Shown piece after piece: positions 57,545-64,000 of a stretch of 64,000 nt of DNA. Positions within the stretch are counted from its first letter, which is position 1. Each line of letters starts with the position of its first letter. The translations under genes were made by a program, and so were the position numbers. Source of the stretch: Calditrichales bacterium (GTDB taxonomy: Bacteria; Calditrichota; Calditrichia; Calditrichales; J004); assembly GCA_965267575.1 (NCBI GenBank), contig OZ254086.1:1504001-1568000 (forward strand), written 5' to 3'. The notes beneath the pieces are model-generated. The model made no database searches and had not been told where the DNA came from. It saw nothing but the letters and a program-made list of their open reading frames with translations.

Positions 57545-58627
57545 CTACACGTTAAAGCGAATGTTCAGAATATCTCCGTCCTTTACGGTGTACTCTTTGC
57601 CCTCAAGCCGCAGCAGACCTTTATCGCGGCAGGCGTTCATACTCCCGTTGGCAATCAGGTCGTCGTAGTGCACAGTTTCCGCGCGTATAAAGCCCTTTTC
57701 TAAATCACTGTGAATAACGCCGGCGGCTTTTTGAGCGTTGGTACCCCGGCGGATGGTCCAGGCGCGGCATTCGTCCTCTCCCACGGTAAAAAAGGAAATG
57801 AGCCCCAAAAGTTCATAGGAAGCGCGGATTAATTTGTCAAGCGCCGGCTCCGTTATCCCGAGGTCTTCCATAAACTCGGCCTTATCTTCATCGGGCAGTT
57901 CGGAAATCTCCTTTTCGATTTCGGCGCTCAAAGAAACTACCTGACAATCATTACCGGCGAGCCCGGCGTATTTTTTTTCGATTTCCGCGCTGTTACCAGC
58001 CTCGCCCTCGGCCACGTTGATGCAGTAAAGCAAAGGTTTGGCCGTAACAAACTGGTAACCTTTCATGATTTTCTGTTCATCAGCATTCAAATCCAGTTCG
58101 CGGATCGGCTTTTCGTTTTCCAGTTGCTCTTTAAATTTTGTCATCAGGGCCAGCTCGCGGATGTCTTTATCTTCCTTTAGCTTCTGCACCAGTTTTTCCA
58201 GCTTTTCTACGCGTGTCTCCACAATGGCCAGGTCGCTTAGCAGGAATTCCCCGTTTATAAAATCAATATCCCGCCTCGGATCGACGGAATCGAAAGGGTG
58301 CGGATAGTAATCATTTTCAAAGTCGCGTATCATCACCAGGATGGCGTCGACATTTTTCAGGTTGGCCATAAATTGCGCCGGCAGACCCTGCGGCTTGGTG
58401 CCGTCGCCTTCCAGTCCCGCCACTTTTACGAATTCAATCGTGGTGTGCACCTCTTTTTTGGGGTTAAACATGGCCGCTAACTTATCCAGTCTTTCGTCGG
58501 GCACTTTTACCACGCCGCGCTCAGCCTGACCCTTGGCGCCATGCGAGGCTTCACTCTTGATGTTGAGCAGGGTTGAAAAGAGAGTTGTCTTTCCGGAGTA
58601 GGGCAATCCTACAATACCGATTTCCAT
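57545..58627 (-). CDS. ychF: Redox-regulated ATPase YchF
   Basis: GIVGLPYSGKTT, VPDERL, FFTVG, IHSDLEKGFIRAE, EGKEY; start at ATG 58627. Confidence 0.93.
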   Translation of the reverse strand: MEIGIVGLPYSGKTTLFSTLLNIKSEASHGAKGQAERGVVKVPDERLDKLAAMFNPKKEVHTTIEFVKVAGLEGDGTKPQGLPAQFMANLKNVDAILVMIRDFENDYYPHPFDSVDPRRDIDFINGEFLLSDLAIVETRVEKLEKLVQKLKEDKDIRELALMTKFKEQLENEKPIRELDLNADEQKIMKGYQFVTAKPLLYCINVAEGEAGNSAEIEKKYAGLAGNDCQVVSLSAEIEKEISELPDEDKAEFMEDLGITEPALDKLIRASYELLGLISFFTVGEDECRAWTIRRGTNAQKAAGVIHSDLEKGFIRAETVHYDDLIANGSMNACRDKGLLRLEGKEYTVKDGDILNIRFNV

Positions 58628-58708
58628 TAAATTTTTCTCCAATATTATTGCTGTGTAAAATTCGCAAAATTACGGAAAATTTATAACTTAGCCAAAAGGA
58701 GAAGAAGC

Positions 58709-58899
58709 GAATGATTGAATCGTTGAATTATTGAATGATTGAATTGCTGAATTATTGAATTGACAGCTTAATGGCAAGACTTGATTAGGAGATAAATCAA
58801 AAATTTAGCTTTAAAGATGAGTACGGCAAAATATCGATTCAGCAAAAATCCAATAATTCAATAATTCAGTAATTCATCAATTCACTAACTCAATCTTCT
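58709..58899. repeat. Inverted 8-bp tandem-repeat arms around a ~79-bp spacer
   Basis: Left arm 58709-58764: 7 units, GAATTATT-like. Right arm 58844-58899: 5-7 units, AATAATTC-like, the reverse complement. Confidence 0.85.
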
Positions 58900-58900
58900 T

Positions 58901-59275
58901 ATGGTTCAGATTGTTATAGTCGGTTTGGGTGGTTTTTTAGGGGCGATTGCGCGCTATCTTATTTCGGGCTGGGTCTACCGGCGCTGGGGCAGTGCTTTGC
59001 CCTGGGGTACCATGGCCGTTAATGTCGCCGGTAGTTTTGTTTTGGGTTTTTTCCTGTTGCTCAGCGAGGGCCGTTTCAGTATTTCGCCGTTGTGGCGCTC
59101 GTTTATCGCCGTTGGCCTGTTGGGGGCACTGACCACGTTTTCAACCTTCAGCTATGAGACATTCGCCCTGCTGCAGGAGCAGCTTTACCACCAGGCCGTT
59201 TTTAATATTTTGCTGAATGTTGTAGTGACGCTTTTGGCTGTATGGCTGGGTATGGTGAGCGCGCGTCTGGTTTAG
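58901..59275 (+). CDS. crcB: Fluoride efflux channel Fluc/CrcB
   Basis: GGFLGAIARY, PWGTMAVN, GLLGALTTFSTF. Confidence 0.93.
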   Translation: MVQIVIVGLGGFLGAIARYLISGWVYRRWGSALPWGTMAVNVAGSFVLGFFLLLSEGRFSISPLWRSFIAVGLLGALTTFSTFSYETFALLQEQLYHQAVFNILLNVVVTLLAVWLGMVSARLV

Positions 59276-59284
59276 GAGGGTGCA

Positions 59285-59629
59285 ATGAAAAACAAAAGCA
59301 TTGGTAAGCTTCTGCGTATTTTTGTGGGAGAACTGGACAAATGGCAAGGCAAGCCGCTTTACGAGGGGCTGTTGAATAAAGCCCACGAAATGGGAATGGC
59401 AGGTGCTACGGTTCTTCGCGCCATCCAGGGTTTTGGCGGCGGAAGGCGTACCATGCACAACGCAAAGATCCTGCGTCTCTCCGAGGACCTGCCGCTGGTT
59501 ATCGAAATGGTTGACAGCGAAGAAAATATCCGCGCTGCCATAGAGGCATTCGAAAAAATGATTGACGAAAGCGGCGCCGGTGTGTTGATGACGCTGGAAC
59601 AGGCCGAGGTCATTCGCTATCACAAATAG
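59285..59629 (+). CDS. DUF190 PII-like protein
   Basis: LRIFVGE, AGATVLRAIQGFG, LSEDLPLVIE; typical crcB neighbour. Confidence 0.88.
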   Translation: MKNKSIGKLLRIFVGELDKWQGKPLYEGLLNKAHEMGMAGATVLRAIQGFGGGRRTMHNAKILRLSEDLPLVIEMVDSEENIRAAIEAFEKMIDESGAGVLMTLEQAEVIRYHK

Positions 59630-59635
59630 GGGTTT

Positions 59636-60388
59636 ATGGAAAAACTTGTTATTTACGGCCGCCAGCCTGTGATTGAGGCTTTGCGCGCAGGACATAAGAT
59701 CGATAACATACATATTGCACGCGATGCTGGCGGCAAGCCGCTGCAGATTATTGAGAAGCTGGCTGCCCAAAACGGTGTAGCTGTGCGCCGCGTTCCCAAG
59801 GATGAAATCCAGAGGATCAGCGGGCCGGTAGTGCACCAGGGGGTGGCGGCACGGGCGCAGGACATTGTGACTTTCAACAGCGCCCGGCTGGAAAAATTTC
59901 TGACGGATAATAAACGCCCGTTTTTGCTGGCATTGGACCAGATCCAGGATCCGCACAACCTGGGTGCCATTTTGCGCACCGCGGAAATCTGCGGCGTTGA
60001 TGCTGTTTTACTCCCCGAGAAGGGCAGCGCCGATCTGAATGCTACTGTGGCCAAAACGTCGGCAGGGGCGATGTTCCACTTGCGCTTTTTCCGCGCACCC
60101 GACATCGCCGTTTTTCTGGAAGTTCTAAACAAGCATGACGTGCTGACGGCGGCGTTGATGCCCTCATCGGAACACGACATGTACAGTTGCCGTTTAGATG
60201 GAGCGCTGGCGCTTGTGGTTGGCAGCGAGGGCAGGGGTGTGCGCAAAAATATCGCCAGGCTGTGCCGGGAACGCGTTGCCATTCCGCAATACGGACGCGT
60301 GGCTTCGCTCAACGCATCTGTTGCGGCAGCGGTAGTGCTCTACGAAGCGCTGCGTCAGCGAAGATCAAACGAAGAGGTCTCTGGGTGA
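59636..60388 (+). CDS. rlmB: 23S rRNA Gm2251 methyltransferase (TrmH/SpoU family)
   Basis: HQGV, DPHNLGAILRTA, GSEGRG, SLNASVA. Confidence 0.9.
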   Translation: MEKLVIYGRQPVIEALRAGHKIDNIHIARDAGGKPLQIIEKLAAQNGVAVRRVPKDEIQRISGPVVHQGVAARAQDIVTFNSARLEKFLTDNKRPFLLALDQIQDPHNLGAILRTAEICGVDAVLLPEKGSADLNATVAKTSAGAMFHLRFFRAPDIAVFLEVLNKHDVLTAALMPSSEHDMYSCRLDGALALVVGSEGRGVRKNIARLCRERVAIPQYGRVASLNASVAAAVVLYEALRQRRSNEEVSG

Positions 60389-60406
60389 GAAAACCAAGGA
60401 GAAAAA

Positions 60407-61954
60407 ATGCAACGAATTTTGTGGGCCGATGATGAAATCGAACTGTTGCAATCGCACATTATGTTTTTGCAACAAAAAGGCTATGATGTTACGACTGTGA
60501 CCAACGGGGATGATGCTGTGGCCAAGGTGCAGCAGGAGCCGTTCGACATTGTTCTGCTGGATGAAACCATGCCCGGCAAAGATGGCCTCGCCGCACTTAA
60601 CGAGATAAAAGACACGCGCCCGCAAACACCCGTTATTATGATCACCAAAAACGAGGAAGAGAGCCTGATGGAAGAGGCCATCGGCAAGCGTATTGACGAC
60701 TACCTGACCAAGCCGGTGAACCCCAGCCAGATCCTGATGGCGTGCAAAAAGATTCTTGACCGCAAAAACATCATCAGTGAAAAACGCAGCGAGCAGTACG
60801 CCCGCGATATTTCACAGCTCTCCCTGTCGCTGATGAACCCGCTTATGGCGGACGACTGGCTGCAGCAGGCGCTGAAAATCTTTCGCATGGATATGGAGCT
60901 GGACGCCACCTCGGACAACGACATGCGCCAGGTGCTTTACGATCAGCGCAAGGAAAGCAACATAGAATTCGGCAAATTTGTGGAGAACAATTACGAAGGG
61001 TGGTTGCGGGACAAAAACAATCGCCCCACGCTTTCCGTGGACCTTGTGGAGCAATATGTTTTGCCGGAATTGAACAAGGGCAAACGCGTTGTTCTGGTGG
61101 TGATCGACTGTATGCGCCTGGACCAGTGGCTGATGCTTGAGCCTTTTTTCTACGAAAATTTCACGCTTTCCACCGATTACTTTTTTTCCATTTTACCCAC
61201 GGCTACGCCGTTTTCTCGCAATGCTATTTTCAGCGGGCTGTTCCCGCAGGAGATCGAAAAAACCTACCCCGAGCTGTGGCGCATGGATGAAGATGACGAA
61301 AGCCTCAACCGCTTTGAAAAGGAGCTGCTGGAGCTGCAGCTAAAACGCCTGCACACGCCGGCGGCGGAGGCCGTTAAATATGTAAAAGTGATGAACAACG
61401 AAGACGCCCGCCAGCTTGACAAAAGTCTAAACAACTACGCCGATGCCTCGGTGCTGGCCATCGTCGCCAATTTTGTGGATATCCTGGCGCACAGCCGCTC
61501 CGACCTGCCGATTCTCAAAGAGATTGCGCCCAACGAAGCGGCATACCGTTCGCTGACCCGTGCCTGGTTCGAGCATTCGCCGCTTAACAACGTGTTCCGC
61601 AAGCTGGCGGCGCCGGACACCGTTATGTTCATCACCTCCGACCATGGCAGCGTGCGCGGCCTGCATGGTACCAAAGTCATCGGCGACCGCGAGACATCCA
61701 CCAGCCTGCGCTACAAATACGGGCGCAATCTGAAAGTGGACAAAAAGCACGCGGTGATGATCAAGGACCCGGCCACCTGGAAACTGCCTCGCCGGGGCAT
61801 CAATACCTCCTACATCATTGCCAAGGAAGATTACTATTTTGTTTATCCAACCAATTATCACAGATACCTTAACCACTACAAAGACAGTTTTCAGCACGGC
61901 GGCATTTCGCTGGAAGAAATGGTTCTGCCCATGATCCGTCTGGAGGCGCGCTAA
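60407..61954 (+). CDS. PorX-like response regulator (REC plus PglZ/alkaline-phosphatase domain)
   Basis: ILWADDE, MITKNEEE, IDCMRLDQW, SILPTATPFSRN, TSDHG, FQHGGISLEEM. Confidence 0.88.
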   Translation: MQRILWADDEIELLQSHIMFLQQKGYDVTTVTNGDDAVAKVQQEPFDIVLLDETMPGKDGLAALNEIKDTRPQTPVIMITKNEEESLMEEAIGKRIDDYLTKPVNPSQILMACKKILDRKNIISEKRSEQYARDISQLSLSLMNPLMADDWLQQALKIFRMDMELDATSDNDMRQVLYDQRKESNIEFGKFVENNYEGWLRDKNNRPTLSVDLVEQYVLPELNKGKRVVLVVIDCMRLDQWLMLEPFFYENFTLSTDYFFSILPTATPFSRNAIFSGLFPQEIEKTYPELWRMDEDDESLNRFEKELLELQLKRLHTPAAEAVKYVKVMNNEDARQLDKSLNNYADASVLAIVANFVDILAHSRSDLPILKEIAPNEAAYRSLTRAWFEHSPLNNVFRKLAAPDTVMFITSDHGSVRGLHGTKVIGDRETSTSLRYKYGRNLKVDKKHAVMIKDPATWKLPRRGINTSYIIAKEDYYFVYPTNYHRYLNHYKDSFQHGGISLEEMVLPMIRLEAR

Positions 61955-62024
61955 CTTCTATTTGTTGTTTTGGCAAGGGAATTCCCTTAACTTTTTAAGC
62001 TTTAATTTATAAGCAAATAGGTGC

Positions 62025-62456
62025 ATGAAAACGATACGAGAATGGACATCCGCTTCAACGGACGAGACTGAAAAAATCGCGCAAGAGATAGCGGATATTC
62101 TTAAGCCGGGCGACATAGTTTTGTTACAGGGCAATCTGGGCAGCGGTAAAACTTTCCTGGTGCAAAAAATCTGCGCTGCGTGGGAGGTCAGCGAAACCGT
62201 AACCAGCCCCACGTTCACTTTGATCCAACACTACAATAGCGGGCAGCACGCGGTCATCCACATGGATTTGTACCGTCTGGATAACATTAGCCAGCTGGAC
62301 CAGCTTGGCTGGGAAGACCTGTTGTTTGCCGGCAATATTACATTTGTGGAATGGCCGGAGCTGATTAAGCCTGTGCTTTCTTCATACTACCTGGTTACAA
62401 TCGACAGCGAAAACGGCACCCGCAAACTGCGTTTGTCACGCCGGGAAGGGGAGTGA
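62025..62456 (+). CDS. tsaE: tRNA t6A biosynthesis ATPase TsaE
   Basis: GNLGSGKT, VTSPTF, HMDLYRL, VEW. Confidence 0.93.
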   Translation: MKTIREWTSASTDETEKIAQEIADILKPGDIVLLQGNLGSGKTFLVQKICAAWEVSETVTSPTFTLIQHYNSGQHAVIHMDLYRLDNISQLDQLGWEDLLFAGNITFVEWPELIKPVLSSYYLVTIDSENGTRKLRLSRREGE

Positions 62457-63115
62457 TGATCCTGGCGATTGAAACATCGGGATTGCTGTGCAGCGTGGCG
62501 TTTTATGACAAGGGCCGGCTGTTTGCGGAATACAATCATGAGTTGCCGATGCAGCATGCCACCCTTCTGGGACAGCTTGTGGAAGAAGGTAAAAAGCGAC
62601 TGCAAAAGCAGAATATTCAGTCTAAAATAGATACGCTGGCTGTGGCCATAGGTCCGGGCAGTTTTACCGGCCTGCGTATCGGTCTGAGTTTCGCGCAGGG
62701 TTATTGTTTTGGCAACGAATGCCTTCTTGCCGCCATTTCCAATCATCAGGTGCTTGCGGCGCAGGCGCCACAGGGCGAAGGGCCGCTTTACACGATCATT
62801 GACGCGCGCCGTGATGAGGTGTACCTGGCGCGTATGGAGGGTGAGGCGCCGTTTGAATTGGCGGAACATAAAATTGTGCGGCTGCAGGACCTGGCGCAGA
62901 CGCTGCCTGCCGCAAGCCGCCTTGTCTGTGAACAAGGTGTGCTGCCGCAAGAGATAAAGGAACGCATGGCAGATAAAACAATCGTTTATGACCATGCTTC
63001 CTACAGGGCTTCCATAATAGCGCGGCTGGCCGAGGCCAGGTTGAAAAAGAGCGGGCCCGATGATCCGGAACAGGTAGAGCCCCTTTACATAAGGCCGTTT
63101 GCCGGCGCCTATTAA
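62453..63115 (+). CDS. tsaB: tRNA t6A biosynthesis protein TsaB
   Basis: ILAIETS, GPGSFTGLRIG, DARRDEVY, PLYIR. Confidence 0.93.
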   Translation: MMILAIETSGLLCSVAFYDKGRLFAEYNHELPMQHATLLGQLVEEGKKRLQKQNIQSKIDTLAVAIGPGSFTGLRIGLSFAQGYCFGNECLLAAISNHQVLAAQAPQGEGPLYTIIDARRDEVYLARMEGEAPFELAEHKIVRLQDLAQTLPAASRLVCEQGVLPQEIKERMADKTIVYDHASYRASIIARLAEARLKKSGPDDPEQVEPLYIRPFAGAY

Positions 63116-63562
63116 ATGTATCAAATCGAAAAAATGACCCGGCGCTGGATTGACGAAGTCGTGGTGCTGGAAAGGCAGATCTTTGAAAAAGATGCCTGGA
63201 ACAGGGAGATGATACTGGAGGAGCTTGTGGATGCGCCGCACAAGCATCCGCTTGTTTTAATCAGCGAAGAGAGGCTGGCCGGATACGCCATGTTGTGGAC
63301 TATTGACGGGGAAGTGCATCTTTATAATTTTGCCATTCATCCCGATTTCAGGCGCCGCGGTTTGGGACAATGGTTTTTAAATGCTATTTTTGATCGTTTC
63401 CGGGAGTCGCATGTTATGTTTCTGGAAGTGCGCGCAACAAATGACGCCGCACGAACCTTGTATGAAAAAAACGGCTTTGAAGTATTTGCATCACGCCGCG
63501 GCTATTACAGCGACGGCGAAGATGCATTAATCATGAAGAAAAATCTGACCGAAGCGGGGTAA
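63116..63562 (+). CDS. rimI: Ribosomal-protein-alanine N-acetyltransferase
   Basis: AIHPDFRRRGLG, LEVRATN, YYSDGEDA. Confidence 0.9.
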   Translation: MYQIEKMTRRWIDEVVVLERQIFEKDAWNREMILEELVDAPHKHPLVLISEERLAGYAMLWTIDGEVHLYNFAIHPDFRRRGLGQWFLNAIFDRFRESHVMFLEVRATNDAARTLYEKNGFEVFASRRGYYSDGEDALIMKKNLTEAG

Positions 63563-63565
63563 ATT

Positions 63566-64000
63566 ATGGAATGGTTTAAGCGCAAAAAGAAAGTAACCGG
63601 ACAATCCGACAAAAAGGATCTGCCCGACGGCCTGTGGCAGAAGTGTGATAGCTGCGGCGAGATTATCTACAAAAAGGAGCTGGAAAAAAAGCTCTATGTC
63701 TGCGGCAAATGCAATTACCATTTCCGTATCGGCAGCGATATGTACATCGACATCCTGTTTGATCCCAAAAGCTTCAAGGAGTTCGATGCCAACATAAAAA
63801 GCGCCGACCCGCTGGAGTTCGTGGATGTTAAAAGTTACCGCGATAAGTACGCTGCCACGGTCAAAAAGACCGGTCTGAAAGAGGCGGTGATCATCGGGAC
63901 GGCCAGGATAAACCGCAAGGGTGTTGTGGCCGCGCTGATGGATTTCCGTTTTATGGGCGGCAGCATGGGATCGGTTGTGGGTGAAAAAGTAGGCCGCGCC
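63566..64000 (+). CDS. accD: Acetyl-CoA carboxylase carboxyltransferase beta subunit, truncated by the window end
   Basis: My translation (not in the ORF track): MEWFKRKK...LWQKCDSC...VCGKCNYHFRI...DPLEF...MDFRFMGGSMGSVVGEK. Confidence 0.93.
   Translation, partial: MEWFKRKKKVTGQSDKKDLPDGLWQKCDSCGEIIYKKELEKKLYVCGKCNYHFRIGSDMYIDILFDPKSFKEFDANIKSADPLEFVDVKSYRDKYAATVKKTGLKEAVIIGTARINRKGVVAALMDFRFMGGSMGSVVGEKVGRA

Noticed and set aside
58630-58900. Fluoride riboswitch upstream of crcB
   Set aside because: I could not find the expected GGNGATGGNGTTCNCC-like 5' motif or its downstream partner; the leader is occupied by 8-bp arrays. A covariance-model search would settle it.
1-64000. rRNA, tRNA, transposase, integrase or prophage genes
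   Set aside because: None recognised; intergenic gaps are short and showed no cloverleaf or rRNA-like sequence by eye.

Overview
A gene-dense bacterial chromosomal window, mostly housekeeping and metabolic. Gene content (PorX-like REC-PglZ gene upstream of tsaE, TonB-dependent receptor, TIGR03545/03546 pair, peptide-fermentation enzymes) suggests an FCB-group organism such as Calditrichota; this is an inference. Recognisable genes include hflK-hflC, bcp, maeB, an MscS-family gene, a BrnT/BrnA toxin-antitoxin pair, an aminotransferase / ADP-forming acyl-CoA ligase / fused 2-oxoacid:ferredoxin oxidoreductase block, aceE-aceF-lpdA, acs, a Na/Pi cotransporter with a PhoU-domain gene, two divergent ClC-CBS paralogs, a kaiB-like signalling operon, pckA, ychF, crcB, rlmB, tsaE, tsaB, rimI and a partial accD. 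I saw no rRNA, tRNA, CRISPR array, transposase or integrase. The most unusual signal is non-coding. A four-helix-bundle (23S-IVS/Avd-like) gene sits inside the PDH operon between two 6-bp tandem-repeat arms that can pair with each other. The same inverted-arm architecture appears without a gene at 22067-22340 and 58709-58899 (8-bp units), with a lone arm at 10368-10422. Three further families of REP-like palindromes are also present. Other points of interest are a HipA-like protein that appears catalytically dead, a KaiB-like gene with no kaiC in the window next to a histidine-kinase-like protein lacking its ATPase domain, and a possible phosphate-starvation lipid-remodelling cluster. All family calls come from motif recognition by eye, not database searches.
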